Virus record (IMG/VR): IMGVR_UViG_3300048599_000048
Origin: a virus
Reading direction: 5' to 3' (one strand)
Length of the DNA stretch: 39,760 nt
The notes beneath the pieces were generated by a model. It had not been told where the DNA came from. It did not search any database and was given only the letters and a program-made list of their open reading frames with translations. Numbering within the stretch: position 1 is the first letter of the stretch; each line of letters opens with the position of its first letter. Of this stretch, positions 7,015 through 14,601 are shown in pieces. The translations under genes and the position numbers were made by a program.

Positions 7015-7376
7015 GCCGCAGCCCTTTCGGCAATCACCTGCTCCATGACCGTCGTGCGACCAATCCCTGCGAGGTACTGAGTAATCCCGCGCCATCCGGT
7101 GAAGGCTTCAAAACTGGGAATCAGATCGGGCGGCAAATCCATCGGCGCCTTGGTGTGCCGATTCAGCATCCGCGAAACGTGCGGGCGATGGGCGCCAGAA
7201 GCGCGCGAGAACATGGCTTGGTCGCCGATGTCGTCACGGCTATTTCGCGAACGATTCAGCCAGCACCAAATGACCGCATCCCGGTACGTTTTCCAACCTG
7301 TAACAACCTCAGACGGCACCCACGCGGCCTTTGGCAGCGATTGCAGGAACGGCATTTCAAGCTGCACGGCAGTCAC
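7011..7376 (-). CDS. Putative HTH regulator in the cII position
   Basis: ORF track 121 aa (GTG start; alternative ATG at 7355). ..ASGAHRPHVSRMLNRHTKAPM.. HTH-like segment; located between cro-like and the replication genes as lambda cII is. Confidence 0.4.
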   Translation of the reverse strand: MTAVQLEMPFLQSLPKAAWVPSEVVTGWKTYRDAVIWCWLNRSRNSRDDIGDQAMFSRASGAHRPHVSRMLNRHTKAPMDLPPDLIPSFEAFTGWRGITQYLAGIGRTTVMEQVIAERAAA

Positions 7377-7407
7377 CTATCAGCAGAACTGATGCAACGC
7401 GACCGAA

Positions 7408-7429
7408 TTACAGGTTGCGTTACAGGTTG
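7408..7429 (+). promoter_or_regulatory. Tandem direct repeat TTACAGGTTG-cg-TTACAGGTTG (candidate activator site, PRE-like position)
   Basis: Read directly at 7408-7417 and 7420-7429, between the cII-position gene and cro-like gene, oriented toward the repressor gene. Confidence 0.3.
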
Positions 7430-7470
7430 AACGGCAACGAAAATTTTTTCGGACCGCAGGAATAGAAAGA

Positions 7471-7523
7471 CCCCTGCCCGCTCCACAGAAATCGGCCGAC
7501 GGACAAATCTCAACGGGCAGGGG
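7471..7523 (-). terminator. Hairpin/attenuator between cro-like and cII-position genes (tR1-like position)
   Basis: Minus-strand CCCCUGCCCG...33 nt...CGGGCAGGGG followed by UCUUUCUAUU; the large loop makes it an atypical terminator. Confidence 0.3.
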
Positions 7524-7561
7524 TGTGAAGCCCTGATTGCTCAGGACGGAGGAGATGAAAG

Positions 7562-7759
7562 TCATGCCGCGACCTTTGCCGAACGCATCCGGCGCTTGTG
7601 CAGAGAGCGCAGACGCTCGCCGGCGCTCCAGCGCAAGTCTTGAATACGCCCGGCTGCAAGATCGGAAATGGTCGGCTGCGACAACTGCGCGTGTTTGCCG
7701 ATCTCGGCCTGTGTCATGCCGAGGGAAACGAGGTCAGAAATGATTTTTTGCCAGTCCAT
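7562..7759 (-). CDS. Cro-like HTH regulator (65 aa)
   Basis: Internal ATG MDWQKIISDLVSLGMTQAEIGKHAQLSQPTISDLAAG (XRE-type HTH); divergent from the repressor; the ATG lies 7-8 nt after the -10. Confidence 0.6.
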   Translation of the reverse strand: MDWQKIISDLVSLGMTQAEIGKHAQLSQPTISDLAAGRIQDLRWSAGERLRSLHKRRMRSAKVAA

Positions 7760-7766
7760 GACCGAC

Positions 7767-7808
7767 AATATAGGCCTGCCTATGTTTCTTGTCAATAGGC
7801 CGTCCGAT
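7767..7808 (-). promoter_or_regulatory. PR-like promoter with two dyad operators
   Basis: Minus strand TTGACA (7795-7790), 17 bp, TATATT (7772-7767). Operators ATAGGCCTGCCTAT 7770-7783 and ATAGGCCGTCCGAT 7795-7808; palindrome CCGATATCGG at 7804-7813. Confidence 0.6.
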
Positions 7809-7832
7809 ATCGGCAGCTATGAAAATGCCGAT

Positions 7833-8300
7833 ATGAAAACCGCAACCAAAGCTACGACGACGCTATCCGAGCGCATGAAGCTTGCACGGGCGCACGCGCA
7901 ACTAACTCAGGTACAGTTGGCTAGAAAGACTGGCATAAAGCAGCCAACGATTAGTGACCTAGAGAGCGGCAAGCAAAAGAAGTCCGCTTACACCACACAG
8001 ATCGCGCACGCCTGCGGGGTCAGCCCTTTCTGGCTGGCAACCGGGCGTGGCGATATGGGCGCAACAGAAGACGAAGAAGAAATGCCGTTGTCTGACGACG
8101 AACTACGCTTGCTTGGCATGTTTCGCGGCCTGCCGCAAGACTTCCAGCACCATATAATGACGAACGCTGTACAGATTTTTGAGATGTTCTCGGAGTTACC
8201 TGAGGCTGCAAAGAACGCGTTTAAGGAGCCAGGGCGAAGCGATGAGAAGGTCGAAGGGTTCGCTGACAAGAACGGAAAGAGGCCGAGCAATGAAAGTTAG
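7833..8300 (+). CDS. CI-like repressor (XRE HTH, no S24 peptidase domain)
   Basis: Internal ATG MKTATK..; LTQVQLARKTGIKQPTISDLESGK HTH; acidic/helical C-terminal half without a visible Ser-Lys protease dyad. Confidence 0.7.
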   Translation: MKTATKATTTLSERMKLARAHAQLTQVQLARKTGIKQPTISDLESGKQKKSAYTTQIAHACGVSPFWLATGRGDMGATEDEEEMPLSDDELRLLGMFRGLPQDFQHHIMTNAVQIFEMFSELPEAAKNAFKEPGRSDEKVEGFADKNGKRPSNES

Positions 8301-8703
8301 GGTTGCTTTGCTTGCCGTCTTTCTGTTTTCTGGATGCGCCATCCCGAAAGCACGAGAGTTCAGGGCGTGGGACCGCACAGCACACGAAGCAGCATCAACA
8401 GGCGCGGTGCTGTGGTCCGAATACTATGCGCAAAGGTTTGAAAGGCTTCAGAGCGCGCCGCCTCTCATTGCTGCCCGTGGGACGCAGATGCAGCAGGCGC
8501 TAACACTTCGAGACATTGCGCTTGAAGTAGAAGCTGGCAAGAGGCCTATCGCTGACCTAACTCGTGCACAGCAAAAGGCGCAGGCTGACTTGCAAGCTGT
8601 GCTTGACCAGGAAGACGCCGCAATGTCTGCCGCAGCGGCTAGTCGACCAATCCCAAAGACGACCACATGCCGGCCTGTCGGCGCGTCGGTGATCTGTAAC
8701 TAA
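8290..8703 (+). CDS. Lipoprotein co-transcribed with the repressor (candidate superinfection exclusion)
   Basis: Internal ATG MKVRVALLAVFLFSGC = signal peptide with lipobox LFSGC; start overlaps the repressor stop by 11 nt; terminator follows. Confidence 0.65.
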   Translation: MKVRVALLAVFLFSGCAIPKAREFRAWDRTAHEAASTGAVLWSEYYAQRFERLQSAPPLIAARGTQMQQALTLRDIALEVEAGKRPIADLTRAQQKAQADLQAVLDQEDAAMSAAAASRPIPKTTTCRPVGASVICN

Positions 8704-8723
8704 CCTCGACTCGCCGCCGAATT

Positions 8724-8747
8724 ACCCGCCAAGTGCGGGTTTTTTTT
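8724..8747 (+). terminator. Intrinsic terminator of the repressor-lipoprotein operon
   Basis: ACCCGC-caagt-GCGGGT followed by TTTTTTT. Confidence 0.7.
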
Positions 8748-8764
8748 CGCCTGCCTGAAAAAAT

Positions 8765-8806
8765 ATAGGCCGACCTATTGACACGCAGTATCGGCTCGCC
8801 TATATT
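8765..8806 (+). promoter_or_regulatory. PL-like early promoter with two dyad operators
   Basis: TTGACA 8778-8783, 17 bp, TATATT 8801-8806. Operators ATAGGCCGACCTAT 8765-8778 (over -35) and ATCGGCTCGCCTAT 8790-8803 (over -10). Confidence 0.65.
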
Positions 8807-8930
8807 CACCCCATCGACAGCAGCAAAGCGCACGAGTGGCGCAGCGCCCTAAGCCGATCCGGCTCTGCCCTCAACTGGCATCCGTAGGCGACCGGACACC
8901 ACTGCTGTCATCAACCGCAAGGGGAACGAG

Positions 8931-9152
8931 ATGAGTGGCATGTGCAAGTCGGACGCAAAGCAGTCCAGCAAGAACAAGGCGAAGTGGGCCGCGCAGGTCT
9001 CTGCCAAGACGTGGGAAACGCATAAGGCCAAGGTCGCCAAGCGCGTGAAAAAGGAGCAGGAGCGCCACGAAAAGAAGATGGAGTGCCGCGCAAAAGCCGG
9101 CAAGCCGATGCGTGGTGACGCTCGCCGTGCCCGCCGTGCGCAGATGCACTAA
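8931..9152 (+). CDS. Highly basic 73-aa protein, first gene of the rightward early operon
   Basis: ORF track; Lys/Arg-rich (..KNKAKWAAQ.., ..RGDARRARRAQ); GGGGA SD. Confidence 0.5.
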   Translation: MSGMCKSDAKQSSKNKAKWAAQVSAKTWETHKAKVAKRVKKEQERHEKKMECRAKAGKPMRGDARRARRAQMH

Positions 9153-9175
9153 GCGCTGCTGTCATCTACGGGGGA

Positions 9176-9544
9176 ATGGGAATGTACGCATCAGACGAGG
9201 CTTTGCACTACGAGGAGCGCCGCTTCGAAGCACTTCAGGCGCAGCGCGACCACCGCGACGCGATCCGGGACAACTGGGCCAGCTTTCACGAAGGACAGGT
9301 GTGGATGGAACTGCTGACGGTCGAAGACGGCGGTTACGACCTGATCGAATCGCACCACGTCGGCGGCATACCCGAGGCAATCAATACGCTGGCCCAGTTC
9401 ATCGCCCGGCTCAAATCTGAGCGTTCGCTTTCGACGGATGACGGGCTTATCGCAGTAGGCACGCTGGCTGTTTCGATAGTAACGCAGGCTGTTACCAAGG
9501 AAGCGGAACGGCTTGCAGATCAAACGATGGAGCGCGAAGAATGA
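9176..9544 (+). CDS. Hypothetical protein (122 aa)
   Basis: ORF track; SD upstream; ATGA overlap with the next gene. Confidence 0.6.
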   Translation: MGMYASDEALHYEERRFEALQAQRDHRDAIRDNWASFHEGQVWMELLTVEDGGYDLIESHHVGGIPEAINTLAQFIARLKSERSLSTDDGLIAVGTLAVSIVTQAVTKEAERLADQTMEREE

Positions 9545-9918
9545 AGTTCTACCACTTGTCGCAAAACAACTCGGGCGGAAGATTCAAATTTGACGAAGAA
9601 ATGGGCATCACGCATCACGTTGTGATTGAGGCGGATTCCTCTGGTGAAGCCACATATCGCGCAGAGGAAATCGGCTGCTACTGGGATGGCGTCGAAAATG
9701 ATGTGGATTGTGCTTGTTGCGGGGATCGATGGTATCCGCCGAGCGAGTACAGCGGAAAAGACTTCCCTCACGTCTACAGCACCCCGCTTGGTGAAAAAAA
9801 AGATTGCGGAGTTTCATTTGCCTGGATGAAGCTAGGGCGAGAAATTGCCGTCCATTACAAAGACGGCCGCATTGAATGGTATGGGGCAGATGGACTAAAA
9901 GCGGAAGAATCGAAATGA
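9541..9918 (+). CDS. Hypothetical protein (125 aa) with CACCGDRW Cys cluster
   Basis: ORF track; ATGA-coupled at both ends. Confidence 0.6.
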   Translation: MKFYHLSQNNSGGRFKFDEEMGITHHVVIEADSSGEATYRAEEIGCYWDGVENDVDCACCGDRWYPPSEYSGKDFPHVYSTPLGEKKDCGVSFAWMKLGREIAVHYKDGRIEWYGADGLKAEESK

Positions 9919-10166
9919 AACACAACCCGCTAGGCGTCCTTACCGGATATGTATATCCGTGGGAAATCCGTCCCGAGTTCAGCCGCTTTGAATGCGGATC
10001 GCTGGATGCAAACGACTGCATCGCCGCTGGATCGACGTCGAAGATTTACTACGGCGATAAACAGTACGAAGCGCCTGTTACGGCAATCACGTTTCGGTTT
10101 CTGGACGCCTACGAATACACCGACCGCACAGCGCGGGTTACTGATTGTGCAAGCGAGGGGATGTGA
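9915..10166 (+). CDS. Hypothetical protein (83 aa)
   Basis: Internal ATG MKHNPLG.. in ATGA overlap with the upstream stop. Confidence 0.55.
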   Translation: MKHNPLGVLTGYVYPWEIRPEFSRFECGSLDANDCIAAGSTSKIYYGDKQYEAPVTAITFRFLDAYEYTDRTARVTDCASEGM

Positions 10167-10378
10167 TGAAACTGCGCGGGGACAGGTGCCAATGCAGTGG
10201 GTGCAATCGGTATTTTAACAGCACTCACGCTTTCGATAAGCACAGAACAGGCAAGCACGGGGCTGACCGCCGCTGCATGGATGAATCGGAAATGTCTGAG
10301 CTTGGGATGTTTCTTGGCCCTGATGGTTTTTGGCGTGGATCGCGCCGGCCGGACTTTAGCTTTAGCGAGGGGATGTGA
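10166..10378 (+). CDS. C2H2-type (FDxHR-like) zinc-finger protein (70 aa)
   Basis: Internal ATG MKLRGDRCQCSGCNRYFNSTHAFDKHRTGKH: CxxC..HxxxH with an FDKHR motif; flanked by 18-bp direct repeats. Confidence 0.6.
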   Translation: MKLRGDRCQCSGCNRYFNSTHAFDKHRTGKHGADRRCMDESEMSELGMFLGPDGFWRGSRRPDFSFSEGM

Positions 10379-10596
10379 TGAGCGAGAAAGACAACGGCGG
10401 GCCGGCGTTTCCGGTCGGGTTCCAGCACGGCGAATCAATAGCGATGAAGGGCGGGATGGCCCTTCGCGATTACTTCGCGGCGAAGGCGATGCAGGGGTTT
10501 GCTGCTGATTCTAACATGGGTGTGGTTCAGGCAGAAGAGATTGCCGAGCTTGCCTATCTTTGGGCCGACGCCATGCTGAAGGAGCGCGCGAAATGA
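10378..10596 (+). CDS. Hypothetical protein (72 aa)
   Basis: ATG at 10378 (TGATG overlap); GGPAFP..GMALRDYFAAKAM segment. Confidence 0.6.
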   Translation: MSEKDNGGPAFPVGFQHGESIAMKGGMALRDYFAAKAMQGFAADSNMGVVQAEEIAELAYLWADAMLKERAK

Positions 10597-10676
10597 GCTT
10601 GCTAATCCTGTGGCTGCTGGCAAGCCTGATTGTCGGCCCGATCCTGGGTCGCTGCATTGCGTGGGGTGAGCGATGA
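10593..10676 (+). CDS. Hydrophobic micro-ORF (27 aa)
   Basis: Hand translation MSLLILWLLASLIVGPILGRCIAWGER*; ATGA overlaps at both ends bridge the two flanking genes. Confidence 0.3.
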   Translation: MSLLILWLLASLIVGPILGRCIAWGER

Positions 10677-10921
10677 GCCGTGATGAGATATGGGACGACC
10701 TGAAGGCTTGCAAGAAGGAAAAGTTCGACGCCGACCGGAAGCGATTCATGCAGCAAGCAATCGCGCAAGACGATGGTGGCTGGACGAAGCACACTCAATT
10801 CCACTGGTCACGCCTTGTTGATGGGGAGCGTCTTGATTACTGGCCTAGCCGCAAGAAATTCCAATGGAAAGGACGCGTTCAGCGCGGAAACGTGATGCGT
10901 ATTGTGAGGGGTGAGCGATGA
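10673..10921 (+). CDS. Hypothetical protein (82 aa)
   Basis: ORF track; flanked by 14-bp direct repeats; ATGA-coupled. Confidence 0.6.
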   Translation: MSRDEIWDDLKACKKEKFDADRKRFMQQAIAQDDGGWTKHTQFHWSRLVDGERLDYWPSRKKFQWKGRVQRGNVMRIVRGER

Positions 10922-11247
10922 ACGACCGTGAATTGCTGGAACTGGCGGCGAAGGCGGCGGGGTATCGGCCGGATGGGATCTTTGGGCGTGGGCTTCTAGT
11001 GGTCATGAACGTTGGTCAGCCTGATCAATGCGCGTTCCCCTTCGATCCTTTGAATGACGACGGCGACGCGCTGCGGCTGGCTGTGAGGTTAGGCGTCCGT
11101 ATGGACTTCCCGAAATACTGGGTGGTTGCTTATAGCGGTAGCTGTGCGTCGGAGCAGTTCAGCGAGCCGCATGACGGAGACCCATACGCAGCCACCCGCC
11201 GCGCAATCGTCCGCGCTGCTGCTGAGATCGGAAAGGCAATTCCATGA
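10918..11247 (+). CDS. Hypothetical protein (109 aa)
   Basis: ORF track; ATGA-coupled. Confidence 0.6.
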   Translation: MNDRELLELAAKAAGYRPDGIFGRGLLVVMNVGQPDQCAFPFDPLNDDGDALRLAVRLGVRMDFPKYWVVAYSGSCASEQFSEPHDGDPYAATRRAIVRAAAEIGKAIP

Positions 11248-11420
11248 GACACGACTACCGCTTTCCGCGCACATCGCGCGAAGCATTCGGCGAGCCTGCG
11301 TATAGCTGGCAATTCCCGAGAGAGGAAACGCGCGATCCGCCTGCGTTCAAATGGTCGCTAACGATTCTTGGTCTGGTATTCGCCGGGCTTGAAGTGGCAA
11401 AAGCTGCGGGGGTGATGTGA
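11244..11420 (+). CDS. Small protein (58 aa) with C-terminal hydrophobic segment
   Basis: Hand translation MRHDYRFPRTSREAFGEPAYSWQFPREETRDPPAFKWSLTILGLVFAGLEVAKAAGVM*; ATGA start, TGATG end. Confidence 0.4.
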   Translation: MRHDYRFPRTSREAFGEPAYSWQFPREETRDPPAFKWSLTILGLVFAGLEVAKAAGVM

Positions 11421-12214
11421 TGAATGCCGTGGTGAAATCAGAACAGATGCAGTTGATGACAGCTGAGGACATGCGTGCGCGAATTAATGCCGTACAGCAG
11501 GTCATGCGCGCTGTCATGAAGGATGGCGTTCATTATGGGGTTATCCCCGGCACAGACAAACCGACATTGTACAAAGCAGGGTCTGAAGTCCTGCTGGCCA
11601 CATTCCACATCGGAACCCGCGTCGATGTGCAAGACCTTAGCACGGACGACGAGCGCCGCTATCGGGTGAAGGTTGTTGGCGTACATCAGCCGAGCGGAAA
11701 CGTCGTCGGAGAAGGTGTGGGCGAATGCTCAACTAGCGAAGAAAAATACAAGTGGCGCAACGCGGTGTGTGACGAGGAATTTGAAGACACGGCTCCGAAC
11801 CGTCGCCGAAAAAAGTTCAGCCGGAAATGGAATAAGCAGATCCGCAGTTACGACGTTTTCACGTCGCACCAAGTGCGCACGGAACCGAGCGACCTTGCAA
11901 ACACGGTTCTGAAGATGGCGAAGAAGCGCGCGCAGATCGACTTCACTCTGACCGCTCTCGGCGCTTCGGACATCTTCACTCAAGACATTGAGGACTTGCC
12001 CGACGAACTGCGTAGCGCGGCAGATGACGGCGGCCAGCCGACACAGCCGGATGCGCCAATCGAACACCCCGCAATGAAATCTGCAAAGTCAGTTCAGGAA
12101 TTGGCGCAGACCATGAACGGATTCGACCAAGCGAACAAGAAGAAGTACGCCGCGTATTTCAACGTCCGGATGAAGGAAATAAAGGAGTCCGCAAATGCAA
12201 CAGGGAACGCCTGA
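11420..12214 (+). CDS. Putative single-strand annealing recombinase (partner of the YqaJ exonuclease)
   Basis: 264 aa directly upstream of exonuclease and SSB. Conserved-looking core ..TLYKAGSEVLL..GEC..EEKY..NTVLKMAKKRAQIDFTLTALGASDIFTQD; family not assignable by eye. Confidence 0.5.
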   Translation: MNAVVKSEQMQLMTAEDMRARINAVQQVMRAVMKDGVHYGVIPGTDKPTLYKAGSEVLLATFHIGTRVDVQDLSTDDERRYRVKVVGVHQPSGNVVGEGVGECSTSEEKYKWRNAVCDEEFEDTAPNRRRKKFSRKWNKQIRSYDVFTSHQVRTEPSDLANTVLKMAKKRAQIDFTLTALGASDIFTQDIEDLPDELRSAADDGGQPTQPDAPIEHPAMKSAKSVQELAQTMNGFDQANKKKYAAYFNVRMKEIKESANATGNA

Positions 12215-12803
12215 ATGGCTTGACGCACGAGCAGGCAAGGCAACGGCCAGCCGGTTTCGCGACATACTGGCCAAGATAAAGACGGGCGAGGCCGCTGACC
12301 GGCGGAACTATCGCGCTGAACTCGTGTGTGAGCGCCTAACCGGCCGCGCAGACCCGGCATATACAAATGCAGCGATGGCGTGGGGAACAGAGAATGAACC
12401 CTTTGCGCGTATAGCCTACATCGCAAAAACAGGCGCAGAGGTTGAAGAAGTCGGGTTTATTGCGCACGCCAAACTGCTTGCTGGCGCATCTCCGGATGGG
12501 CTTATCGGGAAAGACGGAGGGCTGGAAATAAAGTGCCCGAACAAGGCAACGCATCTTGCCACCCTAAAGGCGAAAAAAATGCCTGCGGATCACATCCCGC
12601 AAGTTCAGGGCGCGATGTGGATTACCGGGCGCATGTGGTGGGATTTTGTGAGTTATCACCCTGATTTCCCCGAACATCTTCAATTGTTCGTAACCCGCAT
12701 TGATCGGGACGATGAATACATCGAAACACTACAGAAAGAAGTCTCCGCGTTTTTGAACGAAGTGGAAGACGAAGTAAATCAACTCAACAAGGAGGCCGCG
12801 TAA
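12195..12803 (+). CDS. YqaJ-type (lambda Exo-like) recombination exonuclease
   Basis: [21 protein letters not shown].., ..ASPDGL..GLEIKCP.. (PD-(D/E)XK D..E-x-K), [10 protein letters not shown]; AAAGGAG SD. Confidence 0.8.
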   Translation: MQQGTPEWLDARAGKATASRFRDILAKIKTGEAADRRNYRAELVCERLTGRADPAYTNAAMAWGTENEPFARIAYIAKTGAEVEEVGFIAHAKLLAGASPDGLIGKDGGLEIKCPNKATHLATLKAKKMPADHIPQVQGAMWITGRMWWDFVSYHPDFPEHLQLFVTRIDRDDEYIETLQKEVSAFLNEVEDEVNQLNKEAA

Positions 12804-13252
12804 TGGCAAGTGTAAATAAAGTGATCATCGTCGGGAACCTTGGCAAAGACCCTGAAACCCGCTACGCGCCGAACGGCGACGCTATCTGCAACATCACGGT
12901 GGCGACAACTGATAGCTGGAAGGACAAGCAGACCGGCGAGAAGAAGGAACAGACGGAGTGGCATCGCGTGTCCTTCTTCGGCCGCCTAGCCGAGATCGCC
13001 GGCCAGTACCTGCGAAAGGGCGCCGCCGTCTATGTTGAGGGCAGCCTTCGCACCCGCAAGTGGCAGGATAAGGAAGGTCAGGACCGCTACACCACCGAAA
13101 TCCGCGCCGACAGCATGCAGATGTTGGGTGGAAAACAAGACGGAGGCGAGGCGCCCAAAGAAAACACAAGCCGCCCCGCGCGCCAAGCGGCCGCGCCGAA
13201 ATCGAAAGAGGAAAGCGGGTTTGGCGGCATGGACGACGACATGCCGTTCTAG
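12803..13252 (+). CDS. ssb: Single-stranded DNA-binding protein
   Basis: [31 protein letters not shown].. OB-fold signature and acidic tail DDDMPF. Confidence 0.9.
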   Translation: MASVNKVIIVGNLGKDPETRYAPNGDAICNITVATTDSWKDKQTGEKKEQTEWHRVSFFGRLAEIAGQYLRKGAAVYVEGSLRTRKWQDKEGQDRYTTEIRADSMQMLGGKQDGGEAPKENTSRPARQAAAPKSKEESGFGGMDDDMPF

Positions 13253-13260
13253 AGGCCAGC

Positions 13261-13470
13261 ATGAGCGTTAGATGGAACAACATGACAGCACCGGAAATAG
13301 CCGCGCGCATGGTTGTAGGCATCTGGTACGACACCGCGACGATTAACGAGTGCATACCGGCGTCACGCCCTGTTATACACCGCACGCTGTGCAAGATGGG
13401 CGCAGAGCGTAGGCGAATCGGCAGGCAGTACCAGGTGAGACTGACGAAGGAATTGGAGGTGATGGAATGA
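13261..13470 (+). CDS. Hypothetical protein (69 aa), possible wHTH
   Basis: ORF track; ATGA overlap downstream. Confidence 0.5.
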   Translation: MSVRWNNMTAPEIAARMVVGIWYDTATINECIPASRPVIHRTLCKMGAERRRIGRQYQVRLTKELEVME

Positions 13471-13739
13471 GCGAACAACCGGAAGCGCTGCGGCTGCCCG
13501 AGGAACTGCGCCGTCACTCGCGCAAGCTTGGGGCGCCTTGTGGCGACACCCCGCACGTTATGTGCGCTGCCGCCGACGCGATGGATGCCCTGCTCGCGCT
13601 GTGCGAGGAAATGGGCGGCGCCCTAAATGCGTTTCGAACAGCAAACGGGGCTAATAACTTTAACGGGTGGAATTCAGGGTTCGATGACGCAATCTTCAAA
13701 GCCCGTATAGCCCTCGCCAAGTGGGAGGAATCGAAATGA
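13467..13739 (+). CDS. Hypothetical protein (90 aa)
   Basis: ORF track; ATGA-coupled at both ends. Confidence 0.55.
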   Translation: MSEQPEALRLPEELRRHSRKLGAPCGDTPHVMCAAADAMDALLALCEEMGGALNAFRTANGANNFNGWNSGFDDAIFKARIALAKWEESK

Positions 13740-14443
13740 GCGACTACATGAAGGAAGCGGAGCGGCTGCTGGATGCGTTCATCGACGCGAGCAACCCGAC
13801 ACTGATGTCGTCCGCTGCCGCCAAGCGCACTCTTGCCGCCCTGCTCGCGCACATCCAGCGCGGAGCTGGGGTGGAAGTTGGTGAGTCGGTGACGTGCGAG
13901 CAGTGTGGGCATGAAAACTGGATCATGTACGGAAAAGCTCCGGCGCAGATTACTGCCGCGGACAAGCTCGCCCCTGCGCCCGATCAATTTCGTGACGCCG
14001 CGAAGATGATGGCCGAGCCGGCAGAGGTGCCGATGCCGGAGCCGGACAGCGAATGCACACACACAGACGATCACCTCTACCCGGTATGGCGTGAAGACCA
14101 GATACGCACCTACGGCGCAGCTTGCCGTGCTGCTGGCGAGGCTGCGGGATACGCGCGGGGGCTGAAGGAGGCCGGGCGGGATGCGGCTCCATTGGTTCAA
14201 AACGGGGAGGTGTTGGTAACGGTAACAGGTCTCACAGGAAGCGGGAAAAGCGCAATCGCTGGCGAAATTGAAATCATGTGCCGGGCACTTGGCCTTGAGG
14301 TCGAGTGGGGTGAGGGCGCTGCAGAGAAGCATTTGACGCATGCCGACTGGACCAATGCGCTAGAAATGTACCGGCCGCGCGTCAGAATCGTTGAGGCGAA
14401 CATCCCCCGAACAGACGCCGCCCTGCGCGGGGAGGTGAAGTGA
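13736..14443 (+). CDS. Hypothetical protein (235 aa) with CxxC and a C-terminal Walker-A-like GLTGSGKS
   Basis: Internal ATG MSDYMKEAE..; P-loop-like motif at 14228-14251 followed by VRIVEA. Confidence 0.6.
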   Translation: MSDYMKEAERLLDAFIDASNPTLMSSAAAKRTLAALLAHIQRGAGVEVGESVTCEQCGHENWIMYGKAPAQITAADKLAPAPDQFRDAAKMMAEPAEVPMPEPDSECTHTDDHLYPVWREDQIRTYGAACRAAGEAAGYARGLKEAGRDAAPLVQNGEVLVTVTGLTGSGKSAIAGEIEIMCRALGLEVEWGEGAAEKHLTHADWTNALEMYRPRVRIVEANIPRTDAALRGEVK

Positions 14444-14601
14444 TGTGGCACTGGATACAGCACAAGTTCGGATGGAACACAGGGGAAGTTGAAGTGTTCT
14501 GGCGAGGCAGCAGGTTAATGGTCGGATTTCGCTGTCACGGATGCGGGAGACTGCAGGGCGTGCATGAGTCTGTGACTACGCGCGGGGAGGTGAAGCCGTG
14601 A
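14443..14601 (+). CDS. Small CxxC protein (52 aa)
   Basis: Hand translation MWHWIQHKFGWNTGEVEVFWRGSRLMVGFRCHGCGRLQGVHESVTTRGEVKP*; TGATG start; bounded by repeated junction sequence. Confidence 0.35.
   Translation: MWHWIQHKFGWNTGEVEVFWRGSRLMVGFRCHGCGRLQGVHESVTTRGEVKP

Noticed and set aside
7668-7832. N-terminal extension of the repressor ORF (210-aa version)
   Set aside because: It would cross the cro-like gene and the divergent promoter/operator region; the HTH domain starts just after the ATG at 7833
12894-14341. 220-aa and 275-aa minus-strand ORFs
   Set aside because: Antisense to ssb and the tightly coupled early genes; Arg/Pro/Ser/Cys-rich translations; no coupling signals
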